Assembly: GCF_004010195.1 (NCBI RefSeq)
Contig: NC_057719.1
Location: 19,214,684-19,278,683 of the forward strand
DNA length: 64,000 nt
Source of the DNA: Chiloscyllium plagiosum
Taxonomy: Eukaryota
Direction of reading: 5' to 3'
Notes under the pieces: model-generated
What the model saw: the letters and a program-made list of their open reading frames with translations, nothing else
What the model was told of the DNA's origin: nothing
Databases searched by the model: none
Position numbers and translations under genes: made by a program
In this document: piece after piece, positions 51,331 through 63,920 of the stretch
Numbering within the stretch: the stretch's first letter is position 1
How the letters are laid out: every line of letters starts with the position of its first letter

Positions 51331-54186
51331 ACTGTCACATTTCATACATTAGCATTAACCATAAAACAAAGACATTATATCCATTGAACCCAGACTGCCA
51401 TTCAATAAGATTATAAATGATATGATTTTTGTCCTTAACTCTACTTTCTTGCCTCTCTCCGTTAGGATTGTTTGCCTTCCTAACTACTTGCTCTATGTGC
51501 ATGCAATCCTTTTGGAATTCACGTGCATGGATCCCTCTGTGACAGCATTCTGCAGTTAGTCTCAATTTAAATAATATTCTGTACTTCTATTTTCTTGACA
51601 ACCTTGCATTTTTTCACATTATACTCTATTAACCAAATGTTTGATCACTCACTTAACCTACCGATATCTGTTTGCAACCTCTATTTCGCTTACAAATTGT
51701 TTCCCTACTTAAATATCTTTAGCAAACTGACTGTCATAGCCTGTTCCTTCCTCTAAGTCCTTCATGTAAATTTGAAATAACTGAGGCTCCAACACAGATT
51801 CCTTTAGAATCCAGTATTTGACAACTTGAAAACACCTCTCCATTCCAACAGTTTCCAGTCACTTAATCAATACCCTAACCAAGCTTATATTTTACTCCCA
51901 ACACTATAAGCTCTCATTTTGTGCAAAAACCATGAACAAGGCACTTTGTTTATCAAATGCATTCCAGACATCAAATACACTGGATCTACTGTTTCACCTT
52001 TATCCATTGTACCAGTTATATCTTCAAGGAATCAAACAGATTTGTCAAACATTACTATACTTCAAAATAATTATTTTGGGTCATGAAAGGTACAATATGT
52101 TTTTATGTTAACATTGAATGTCAGTGCATTGTATACCAGGCAAACATTTCATGACATCTACTGTCCACACGGTTTCCTAGATAGTAGCTCTAACTCAATG
52201 CCACTACTCGTTTCTTAGAGTCAAAGCGTTTTTTCATTTCTGAAGCTTGAGCACAAAACTTGAGCTCCTCATTAATGCAGTACCAAGGGAATTCTGCAGT
52301 ATCTGAAATGAAACCTCTTGAATAAAACATTAAATCCAAACCCTGTATGCTCTCTCAGGTGGATGGAAAAGGTCATAAGGCCCTTTCTGGAAAAAGCAGG
52401 AAGACATCCAAAGACTCTAGGTTACTATTGCTGAGCTGAAAAAAAAGTTACTAAAAAGCCATTTCATTGGCGATAAGTTTATGGGTTTCATACATTACAA
52501 CCAACTACAATCACATTTGCAGATGTACCCTTGAGAATACATTGATACTGTGAACAATCCTACATAAACGCAAGTCTTCTAGTTTTTGTTTCCTGCCACC
52601 TTAATCTTGAGACTTTAGAAATGTAATCCTACCAAAGTTTCCTCCTTCACTCTGAAGTGATGTACATCAAAAACATCATTGATATGGTAACAAATTGAGC
52701 CTCAAAGACTGAGCTTTGGTGACCGTGATTCCTGATCAAGTAAATTACTGCAGTGGTATAGTTGGACAAGCAACCTGGAATCATAATAGTGAACAAGTGT
52801 TCAACACCCACACAACAGGTGGAAATATATTTCCAGACTTTCTTTTGCAACTACATTTCATGAGCTGAGATCAGTGAAGAAATGATCTTGAAGTCTTTGG
52901 ACTATCATAAGAATCAGTTGGTTCACTAATGTATATGGAACAAGATCTGCTGCCCTTATAGACTATAGTCTGTGGCTCTAAGCCTATAAGAATATGGTGA
53001 GCTCTAAAATGCTCTCTGAAACAGCTGAGCAAGTTACTTAGCTGTATTCAGCCACCATAAAGAAAGCTACTTATGAGTTTAATCAGGTGACTACAATCAA
53101 CTTCACAGGGCAACCAAATACAGATAACATATGCCAGCAAGGATGCCAAGACGTTGATGCTAGATACACACAAATTATCTTTAACAAAACTATTTAAAGC
53201 ATTTCATTTGTAGATGGCTGACTGATCATATTTGAACAATAAGCTTTGTGTTACAAAAGTATAAAGCTTAATGAAGCATATGTCAACAAAATGTCACTTC
53301 TCTCAATTCTTATTTCTGAGCAGCTCACCTCATAACAATTCTGCTCTACGAGTTGCGTTTTAGTACCGCGGGACACACAATCCAGGAACCATAACATTGG
53401 CATTTACAGAAGATACGAGCAACAGAAAAGCTACATATAAAAGGAGTTAAGACAAGATCAGACTGATTAGGTCATTTAATTTCACTATCATAGTTTATGA
53501 AGTTACACAAATACAATTACTTTTTCAGTCTTGCAATATATTATAGCTATCAAGGACAGCGCATCGTAAACCAAAGTTGCCAAATGCTAATGATTTGTAA
53601 AGAAAACATGGCCCTAAAAGCATTAGTGGCTTGTAATTGTGTTTAGCAAAATACAGTTGTAGATTTCACAGATCAACTTACTCCCTGCAAGTCTTTAAAT
53701 TTAATGCCTCTTAAAGTGACATCACAACATTAATGACATGGTCGGTTAAGGCTTTATGATGTAACGCTCTTTTGTCTCACGATTACAAACTGCTCACCAA
53801 ATTAGGATACAAAAGCAGTGTTAAGCAACATTTGAATATAATTATTTACAGATTAAGATCAGAGAAAGCAGAATAAGTAAAGAATACCATCTGGTATTTT
53901 TCTTAAATATTAAATAAAATTTAGGAATAGGGTGTACTTTCACAATGCATTTGGCAGAATAAGAGCTTCTGTTGTTTTCCACATTGAAGGAGAATCTAAA
54001 CTTCTCAAAGTAGAAATCTATTAGCTTACAGGTCCAAACTATTAAGAGGCATCATCTCTCAGTCTCTCATCACCAGTGTCAGTCCTTTCCATGAGCATTC
54101 ATTTATATTTCTGCCAGTGAGATAAGAACATAACAAAGAAGGGCAACAGCATGACCCTAAAGCCTATTGTGCCATTCAACAAGATA

Positions 54187-54475
54187 CACCTCATCTTCCC
54201 TTGGGCAGTCTACAGCCCAGGGGACTCAACGCTGAGTTCTCCAATTTCAAATAACCTCCCTTCCCAGACTGCCCTCCTCCCTATCATTCTTCTCAGCTAC
54301 CTAAAAGATTCATCCCTCCCACTGATCAACCAGGTCCTACCCTTGACCTATCTCCACCTTTCCTCACCTCACCTTGCCCTTCCTCTGCAGTTCTCCTCAC
54401 ACCCACCCCATCCTGAAGGGTTACACATGAAATGTTGACTTCTCCACTCCCGATGCCACCTGGCCTGCTTGTCTA
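54187..54475 (+). mobile_element. Penelope-like fragment inserted in an old LINE tail; 14-bp TSD with one mismatch
   Basis: cacctcatcttcccttgggcagtctacagccc (HLIFxLGxLQP-like C-terminus); CATTCAACAAGATA 54173-54186 / CATTAAACAAGATA 54476-54489. Confidence 0.65.
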
Positions 54476-54614
54476 CATTAAACAAGATAACGGCTGATCT
54501 GTCCCAGGCCTCAACTCCTCTTTTGTGCCAGCTCAAAGCTCACAATTCCTGAAAATATCAAAACCCTACTTACCTCCTCTTTAAATACTTTGTGATCTAG
54601 TTTCCACAACTTGC

Positions 54615-55915
54615 ATAGAGTCGTAGAGATGTAAAGCATGGAAACAGACCCTTCGGTCCAACCTGTCCATGCCGACCAGATATCCCAACACAATCTAGTC
54701 CCACCTGCCAGCACCCGGCCCATATCCCTCCAAACCCTTCCTATTCATATACCCATCCGAATGCCTCTTAAATGTTGCAATTGTACCAGCCTCCACCACA
54801 TCCTCTGGCAGCTCATTCCATACATATACCACCCTCTGCGTGAAAACGTTGCCCCTTAGGTCTCTTTTATATTTTTCCCCTCTCACCCTAAACCTATGCC
54901 CTCTAATTCTGGACTCCCTGACCACAGGGAAAAGACTTTATCTATTTTTCCTAACCATGCCCCTCATAATTTTGTAAACCTCTAAAAGGTCAGCCCTCAG
55001 CCTCCAACGCTCCAGGGAAACAGCCCCAGCCTGTTCAGCCTCTCCCTATAGCTCAGATCCTCCAACCCTGGCAACATCCTTGTAAATCTTTTCTGAACCC
55101 TTTCAAGTTTCACAACATCTTTCCAATAGGAAGGAGACCAGAATTGCACGCAATACTCCAACAGTGGCCTAACCAATGTCCTGTACAGCCGCAACATGAC
55201 CTCCCAACTCCTGTACACAATACTCTGACCAATAAAGGAAAGCATACCAAATGNNNNNNNNNNNNNNNNNNNNNNNNNNNNNNNNNNNNNNNNNNNNNNN
55301 NNNNNNNNNNNNNNNNNNNNNNNNNNNNNNNNNNNNNNNNNNNNNNNNNNNNNNNNNNNNNNNNNNNNNNNNNNNNNNNNNNNNNNNNNNNNNNNNNNNN
55401 NNNNNNNNNNNNNNNNNNNNNNNNNNNNNNNNNNNNNNNNNNNNNNNNNNNNNNNNNNNNNNNNNNNNNNNNNNNNNNNNNNNNNNNNNNNNNNNNNNNN
55501 NNNNNNNNNNNNNNNNNNNNNNNNNNNNNNNNNNNNNNNNNNNNNNNNNNNNNNNNNNNNNNNNNNNNNNNNNNNNNNNNNNNNNNNNNNNNNNNNNNNN
55601 NNNNNNNNNNNNNNNNNNNNNNNNNNNNNNNNNNNNNNNNNNNTTCAGAAAACTCAATCAAGTTTGTGAGACATGATTTCCCACGCACAAAGCCGTGTTG
55701 ACTATCCCGAATCAGCCCTTGCCTTTCCAAATACATGTACATCCTGTCCCTCAGGATTCCCTCCAACAACCTGCCCACCACTGAGGTCAGGCTCACCAGT
55801 CTATAGTTCACTGGCTGGTCTTTACCGCCCTTCTTCAACAGTGGCACCACGTTAGCCAACCTCCAGTCTTCCGGCACCTCACATGAGACGATCGATGGTA
55901 CAAATATCTCAGCAA
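54615..55915 (-). mobile_element. CR1 LINE fragment spanning an assembly gap
   Basis: PEDWRLANVVPLLKKG...QHGFVRGKSCLTNL on one side of the gap; RPLLEYCVQFWSP and VWNELP on the other. Confidence 0.9.
55254..55643. other. Assembly gap (390 N)
   Basis: Run of N. Confidence 1.
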
Positions 55916-56269
55916 GACACTACAGAATTTTAGGCATTCATTACCCTCTGAAACAAATTCCTTTGCTTCTCAACTTTAAATGATTGTCCCTTTATTCTGT
56001 ATTTATATCCCATAATTCAAGAGTCTAAACTAGTAGGAAAATGGTGAACATAATCCCCACGCCCTAACCCCTCCTCAGAAATCATGTTTCTAAAAGATCA
56101 CCCCTCACTTGTCAAAACATTTTCTAATTCAGAAACACTATTACACAAATCTGGACCAAAAGAGACATGTTTCTGGACGTCCCTGTTCAGAGGCAGGGAA
56201 ACTCTCACTGTGCCATAATAGCCCTGTCCCTCATTCATCTGGATATTTTCAATTCAAACTGGTCAAGGA

Positions 56270-56525
56270 TGTTATTACACACTGCTGGAGCAGGTGGGAC
56301 ATGAACCTGAGCCTCTTGGTTCAGGAAGTTGGGAGCCACAAGAGCCACTGTGCCACAAGAGCCGTCTTTGATCCCTTATTCTTTTAATTTAAAAAAAATT
56401 AACCTAGTTTGTGAATCAATCTATTCAGAGACGTTATTACATACCTCCGAAGGTGGGGCTTGAACACAGGATCTCTTGGCCCACCGTTATGGACACGACC
56501 GCTGCACGACAAGGGGGCGCACTCG
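56270..56525 (-). mobile_element. Two tandem tRNA-like SINE heads; the right-hand one is CpG-rich and contains a CTCF-like motif
   Basis: Both read (minus) ...cttgtNg...cagYgg...ccaagag...gttcaWgYcccacct...tgtaataac. Plus-strand CGACAAGGGGGCGC at 56507-56520. Confidence 0.5.
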
Positions 56526-56606
56526 GTCTGCTTTATTAAAATCAAACCCAGATTCTTATAGTAGACACAGATGGCAGAGAGATTGAACATGGAACACCTT
56601 CTTCCA

Positions 56607-59600
56607 TGTAACTGTTGCTTTGACCAATAGCCTCAAAACTGACTGACTGTTCTGAACAGACTGCTAAAACCCAACCTCAGCCAAACCAAGCCAGAGTAAC
56701 GCTGAGCTGGGAGAACTGGCCACTCCCATTTCATTGTACTCAGAAACTTAAAAGCTTCTTCAAGGAGATTAAGCCGGACATTTCAGAATCTGTCTTGAAA
56801 AACACTTTGAACAAACTAAGGATAACAGAAAACTGTAAAGAAGCAGCATCATCATACCTCTCCCTCCCTTAAAAAAACGGACCATCGATATCCAAAGCTG
56901 GCTTCATTTTAAAATCCCTCAATCTTAAATTGTTAGTACACTACAACACCCATTTACATTACACTGACAATAATCATGCAAACATGCACTACTTACATTC
57001 TGTTTCAAACTGTTTTACTCCTACTGCCGCACACCTCAGTTTCTCATTCAAATTTCGACAATGCATCGGCAATCATGCTTTCTCGTCCTGCTACATGCAC
57101 AATTTTCAATTCAAATGGCTGGAATAGCAAGCTCCATCTAAACAATCTAGAATTTTATTCTTAAATTTGTCCACAAACTACAGTGGGTTATGATCTGTGT
57201 ACATGATTGCCTCAGATACATTATTGGTAACAAACATTGAAATGTTGTTATGTCAACAACAAGTTCAAAATCTTTTGCTCAACTATTGAACATTTCTGAT
57301 GAATGTTCAATTTCCTGGAGAAATATCCAAAAGGTCTTTCTATCTTCTCGTCGCCTTCCTGTAAGAGCACAGCACAGACACCCACATCACTCACATCAAT
57401 AGTCATCTTGAATGGCTTTGTGTAATTATGCATGACTATCACTATGGCAGTGGGTAACACAGCTTTCAGGCTGTCAAATGCCTTCTGACAGTTAGCTGTC
57501 CACTGAAACTTCTTTCTTTTAACAATCCAGTGAGTGGAGCAGCCACACTGCTAGAATTTGGTACAGATTTTCGATTAAATTCACTCACTCTCCGGAACCA
57601 TAGTACTGTTGTTTTTGTCAGTGGTATGGGAAATTCCAGAATTACCTTTAGCAAGTTGAGAAGATTTGTAGCTCAAATTGAGGTTCTGGAAGTAAGTTTG
57701 CAAGCTGGAAGGCTTGCTTTCAGACGTTTCGCCACCATAATCGTGAGCCTCTGGTGAAGCACTGGTGGTATGGCCCACTTTTTATTTGTGTTTCTGTTTC
57801 CTTGAGTTGATGTCATCATTTCCTGTGATGTCTTTTCCTGTTCTTTTTCTCAGGGGGCAGTAAATGGGATCCAAGTCAATGCGTTTATTGATAGAGTTCT
57901 AGTTGTATCTTTATGTACAGGTGACACCACTTTGGGACAACACACCCAGCCTAGGACAAGCCAAATTGAGACACGCACGAGAATTCCTAGAAGTATGGCA
58001 CTCCAAGAGGAACTCTATCAACAAACACATTGACTTGCATCCCATTTACCACCCCGAGAAAAAGATTAGGAAATGACACCACCCCAGGAAATGACATAAG
58101 CAACCCAAGGAAACCTAAACACAAATAAAAAGCAGGCCATGCCACCAGTGCTTCACTGAAGGCTTGATGATGATGTTACCGAGTATGGGGATGAAACGTC
58201 TGAAAACAAACCTTCCAGCTCAGCGAACAAACTTTGTTTTTGCATTTTATGGTGTCACTTATCCATGTCCAATACCATGGCCCAGGAAGGTAACTTGGGC
58301 TTTGGCAAATTCATATTTAGCCAGGTTTATCACCAAGCCCTGCCTTCCAAAGTCAAATCAACAATTCTGATAAATGCTGCACATGTTCCTTCCACGTGAC
58401 TAAAAATCACGAGGAAGTCTATATAAACAGCACAATTGGGTAAGCCGGAAATTATCTCATTAGTTTCTCCCTGAAATATGGCTGGCATATTTTTCATACC
58501 AAATGGCATAACTCCAAGTTGATACACCATTCAGCGATACGAAAGCTGAAATTGTCTTTGCTCTTTCGAACAAAGATAACTGCCAGTACCCTCTGAGCAA
58601 GTCCAACTTAGAAATTTAAGTTGCTTGACCCTCCCTTTCACAGTCTTCTAAACGTGATATTGGATATACATCAATCTTTGTAACTGCATTGACTTTGTGA
58701 TAGGCCACAAAAACTTTGGGTACCATCTGGTTTTGGCACCATAACTATGGGTGAGCTCCAGTCACTGTAACTCACTTTGATTATGTCGTCTTGGAGCATG
58801 CATTCAATCTCCTTTTGAACCTGTGCCAACTTTAGAGGGTTATACCTATAAGAAAGTTGCTGAATCAGAACAGCATCTCCAATACCTACATTATTTCCAC
58901 ACATCTCCATTGATAGTAATAACTTTCAGGTCATTTCACTTTTCTTCTGGAAGGAAACTCAATAATTTCTCTCAATTTTTGGCAACTTCCTTATTGCCCA
59001 ATTTAATTTGAGGAATGTCCAATTCAGAAGTCTCTGAACTTGGTTCTTCACTCTGTTGTGACCAATAAAAGTTTTGTTTGGCTTTCCTTCCCTGTCAAAA
59101 TACCTTTTGAGTATATGCACATGACAGATTTCTTTGTCTGTCTGGACACCTTATCAAATAGTTCACCTCAATTTCCTTTCAACTTGATAAGGTCCATTAA
59201 ACCTTGCTTTTAAAGGTTCACCTATCACTGGAAGTATAACTGACACCTCCAATAGCAAAATTGCAAGTTTTTGATTTCTTGTCTGCTTCCTGTTTCAATG
59301 TATGCTGTGATACTTTTAAATGCTGTCTAGCCAACTCCCCCGCTCTATTTAAACATTCCCTAAAATTTGACAGTTCAAATATGTGGTCTCTGAATTCTGA
59401 CTTACCAATATCTCCTTAATCAGTTTTAGCAGTCCTCTCACTTCATGCCCAAAAACTAATTCAAATGGACTGAATTTGGTTGATCCATTTGGTGCATCTC
59501 TATTCACAAAAAATACAAATGGAATTCCCTTATCCCAATTATCTTGATAGTCTTGACTATACGCTTTCAACATGGTCTTTAATGTCTGATGCTGATTTCT

Positions 59601-60105
59601 AGCGCTCCTTCTGACTCTGGATGGTATGCAGTAGATTTGAATTATTTTATTCCTAAGCTATAAATTCCTTGAATAATTGATATAAAGTTTGACTCTTGAT
59701 CTGATTGCATCTCTGTGGGTAGACCATATCTATTGAAAAATTTGAATAACTCCTCTAAGATCCTTTTCTCTGTGACATTGTTTAATGGAATGGTCTCTGG
59801 AAATCTTGTGGACACATGCATTATTATTAACGAATACTGATTCCCACTTTTCGATTTAGGTTGGGGTTCTAGTCAAGCCATTAAGACTCTTGTAAAAGGC
59901 TCAAATGGAGAAATAGGTATTAAAGTTTGGGTTTTATTACTGCTGTGGTTTTCCAATTACTTGGCATGTATGACATGTCTGGCAAAATTCAACTACACCC
60001 TTGTACAGATCAGATCAGTAAAAATGTTTCTGTATTTTAGCTTGAGTTTTTCTCATCCCAAAATTACTCCCTACTGGTAGTTCACGTGCCATCTGCAACA
60101 ATCCA
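56607..60105 (-). mobile_element. Degenerate Ty3/gypsy LTR retrotransposon with order integrase - RT - RNase H (Gmr1-like); PPT and probable 3' LTR
   Basis: Integrase zinc finger (FCQTCHTCQ at ~59960-59990) and core (WDKGIPFVFFVNR...FSPFELVFG). RT (WSSPIVMVPKPDG; MPFGMKN; YID). RNase H (IDVSDVGVCAVLLQ...GYFSRKL). PPT AAGGGAGGGAGAGG at 56857-56870, then TG at 56854. The LTR's outer end is uncertain. Confidence 0.85.
57650..58232. mobile_element. Penelope-like element of a second family with inverted arms, nested in the gypsy pol
   Basis: Arms ~57690-57905 and ~58005-58232 are reverse complements. The centre encodes GQAKLRHAREFLEVWHS (PLE endonuclease C-terminus). Hammerhead-like TGATGA-TGTTACC...GGGGAT-GAAACGTC. 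Confidence 0.8.
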
Positions 60106-60677
60106 AATTTTGGTCATTGGATTCGAAACATTATTTATTCTCTCTCCACGGATGCTACCAGATTTACTCAGTTGTTTCAGCAATTTCAGTTTGCTTGTTT
60201 CAGAACTCTAGCATCTTAAGTGTTTTTCTTTAATCATAGTGGTCATAATTGATGTTCAAATCACCAGAAATCAGTTCCACTGGGCAGGATACACATTATT
60301 TGTCGAACACCAGACTCTGAAAACAATTGTTCTACTCAGCCACAGCAGGAAACTTACAGAAGGACAATGGAAATGCAGTTGTAATGAAGAATAGTATAGT
60401 CTGCGGAATTAACACTGTTGTGTGGCCTGGATCAAGAGTCCTGAAGGCTCAGTTGCCTGCCTAGGGTGCCCTGGTTCAGGATCTCTCTCTGGGCCAGAGG
60501 AAGCTTGGGGTGAGGGGTCAAACATCCAGTTGTCATCTGCATAAATACTAACAATATAGATGGAGAGGGGTTCTGTCTGGGGCCAAATTAAAAACCAGAA
60601 TAAAAACAGCTATGATCAACAGCTAGCTACCTGAGCCACAAACTAATTGGCACAAGATTCACAAGTTTAAAGAAGAC

Positions 60678-61651
60678 AATAGATAGACAATAGGTGCAGG
60701 AGTAAGCCATTCTGCCTTTCAAGCCTGCACCACCATTATGGCTGATCATCCTTATGGCTGATCATTCTGCCCTTCAAGCCTGCACCACCATTATGGCTGA
60801 TCATCCTTAATCAGTATCCTGTTCCTGCCTTATCTCCATAACCCTTGATTCCACTATCCTTGAGAGCTCTATCCAACTTTCTTAAATGATTCCAGAGACT
60901 GGGCCTCCACTACCCTTTGGGGAAGAGCACTCCACATAGCCACCACTGTCTGGGTGAAGAGGTTTCTCCTCATCTCTGTCCTAAATGGTCTACCACGTAT
61001 TTTTAAGCTGTGTCCTCTGGTTCGGCACTTACCCATCAGCAGAAACATGTTTCCTGCCTCCAGAGTGTCCAATCCTTTAATAATCTTATGTCTCAATCAA
61101 ATCCCCTCTCAGTCTTCTAAACTCGAGGGTATACAAGCCCAGTCGCTCCAGTCTTTCAGCGTAAGGTAGTCCCACCATTACAGGAATTGACCTCATGAAC
61201 CTACGCTGCACTCCCTCAATAGCCAGAATGTCTTTCCTCAAATTTGGAGACCAGAACTGCACACAGTGTGGTCTCACCAGGGCCCTGTACAGCTGCAGAA
61301 GCACCTCTTTGCTTCTATACTCAATCCCTCTTGTTATGAAAGCCAGCATGCTATTAGCCTTCTTCACTACCTGCTGTACCTGCATGCTTACCTTCATTGA
61401 CTGGTGTACAAGAACACCCAGATCTCTTTGTACTGCCCCCTTACCTAAATTGATTCCAATTAGGTAGTAATCCGCCTTCCTGTTCTTGCCACCAAAGTGG
61501 ATGACCATACATTTATCCACATTAAACTGCATCTGTCCACTCACCTAACCTGTCCAGCTCACCCTGTAATCTCCTAACATCCTCCTCACATTTCACCCTG
61601 CCACCCAGCTTAGTATCATCAGCAAATTTGCTAATGTTATTACTAATACCA
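60678..61651 (-). mobile_element. 5'-truncated CR1-group LINE (different subfamily), inserted in an older ORF1 remnant
   Basis: SKFADDTKLGG, QFNVDKCMVIHFG, RRLRGDLIET, RTRGHSLKIRG; (TCTATTG)n-like tail at ~60678-60691. Confidence 0.9.
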
Positions 61652-61754
61652 TGCCAAAGATTGGTGTGGCCAAAGATTGGTGTGGTAGAAATGGATTTCA
61701 ATTGATGGGACATTAGCAACAGGACAGACCTGCTCCAATGGGACAAGTTCCACT

Positions 61755-63110
61755 TGAGAAATGTGATAAGGAAAAGTCAGGGAACTATAGACCAGTGTGC
61801 CTGACATCAGTGGTGGACAGGTTGTTGGAGGAAATCCTGAGTTACAGGATTTACATGTATTTGGAAAGGCAAGGACTGATTAGAAACAGTCAACATGGCT
61901 TTGTGTGTGGGAAGTTGTGCCTCACTAACTTGTTTGAGTGTATTGAAGTAGTAATGAAGAGGATTGATGAGGGCAGAGAAGTGGATATGATTTATATTGA
62001 CTTCAAGAAGGCATTTAACAATCCTCGTGGTAGACTGGTTAGCAAGATTAGATGACATGGAATTCAGGGAGAACTAGTTATTTGATCACAGAACTGGCTT
62101 GAAGGTAGAACACAGAAGGTAGTGGTGGAGGGTTGCTTTTCAGACTGGAGGCCTGTGACCAGCAGTGTGCTACAAGGATCAGTGCTGGGTCCACTGCTTT
62201 TCGTCATTTGGATAAATGATTTGGATGCAAACATAGGAGGTATGGTGAATAGGTTTGCAGAGGACAACAAAATTGGAAGTGTAATGGATCAGATGGGCCA
62301 ATGGGCTGAAGAGTGAAGATGGAGTTTATAAATATGAAGTGCTGCATTTTGGGAAAGCAAATCTTAGCAGGACTTATACACTAAATGATAAGGTCTTAGG
62401 GAGTGTTGCTGAACAAAGACCTTGGAGTGCAGGTTCTTAGCTCCTTGAAAGTGGAGTCGCAAGTAGATAGGATAGTGAAGACGGCGTTTGATATGATTTT
62501 CTTTATTGGTCAGAGCACTGAGTATCGGAGTTGGGAAGTCATGTTGTGACTGTACAGGACGTTGGTTAGACTGTTTTTGGAATATTGCGTGCAATTCTGT
62601 CTCCTTCTTATCGGATTAATGTTGCGAAACTTGAAAGGGCTCAGAAAATATTTACAAGTATGTTGCCAGGGTTGGAGGATTTGAGCTATACGGAGAGGCT
62701 GAATAGGCTGGGGCTGTTTTCCCTGGGGTGTTGAAAGCTGAGGGGTGACCTCAGAGGTTTATAAAATGTGAGGGGCATGGATAGGATAAATATATAAAGT
62801 CACTTCCTTGAGGTAGAGGAGTCCAGAACTAGAGGGAATAGCTTTAGGGTGAGAGGGGAAAGTTTTAAAAGAGACCTAAGGTGCAACTCAGAGGGTGGTA
62901 CTTGTATGGAATGAGCTGCCAGAGAAAGTGGTGGAGGCTGGTACAATTGCAACATTTAAAAGACATCTGGATGAGTATATGAATCGGAACAGTTTGGAGG
63001 GATATGGACCAAGTGCTGACAAACGGGACTAGATTAGATGGGATATCTGGTTGGCATGGAAGAGTTGGACCGAATGGTCTGTTTCCGTGCTGTACATCTC
63101 TATGACTCTA
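61755..63110 (+). mobile_element. CR1 LINE fragment (RT to 3' UTR)
   Basis: GNYRPVCLTSVV...QHGF, QGSVLGPLLF, RFAEDNK; 3' UTR ends tacatctctatgactcta. Confidence 0.9.
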
Positions 63111-63119
63111 TTACAGTGA

Positions 63120-63920
63120 AGAAGGTTACAAGTCAGAGTAGAATGGGATCTTGATCAAATGGGCCAATTGGCTGAGGAACGCCAGATGGAGTTTAAGTTA
63201 GAAAAATGAGGTGTGATGTTTTGGAAAGGCAAATCAGGCAGGACATATACATTTGATGCTAGGATCCTGGGGAGTGTTGCCAGACAAAGACCTTGGAGTG
63301 CAGGTTCATAGTTCCTTTAAAATGGAGTGTTAGGTAGACAGGATTGCAAAAGTAGCTTTTGATATGCTCGTTAGTGAATTGAGTATAGGTGTTGAGAGGT
63401 CATGTTGCGGCAGTATAGGACATTGGTTTGGATACTTTTGTGATGTGTTTAGTTCTAGTGTCCCTACTAAAGGATGTTGTGAAACTCAAAGGGTTCAAAG
63501 AAGATTTACAAGGATGATTCCTGGGTTGGAGGGTTTCAGCCAACGGGAGAAGCTGAATAGGCTGGTTGATTTATCCTGGAGTGTCAGAGGATGAGGAGTG
63601 ACACTACAGAAGTTTATACAATCATAAGGAGCATGGATAGGGTAAATAGACAAGATCTTTTCCCTGGAGCAGGCAAGTCCAAAACTAGAGTACATTGATT
63701 TAAGGAGAGTGGGGTAAGATATAAAAATGGACCCAAAAAGCAACTTGTTCACACAGAGTGTGATGCATGTATGCAATGAGCTGCCAGAAATAGTAGAGGT
63801 GGCTGGTACAATCACAACTTATAAAAAGCAGCAGGATTGGCATATGAATTGGAAGAGTTTAGAGGAAAATGGGCCAAAACCTGGTGAGTAGGACAAGATT
63901 AATTTATGATATCTAGTCAG
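63120..63920 (+). mobile_element. Second, more degraded CR1 3' fragment in tandem
   Basis: RVQRRFTRMIPGLEG; parallel similarity to 62290-63050. Confidence 0.8.

Noticed and set aside
55110..55877. Long ORFs of 141-255 aa
   Set aside because: Artefacts of translating through 390 Ns inside a CR1.
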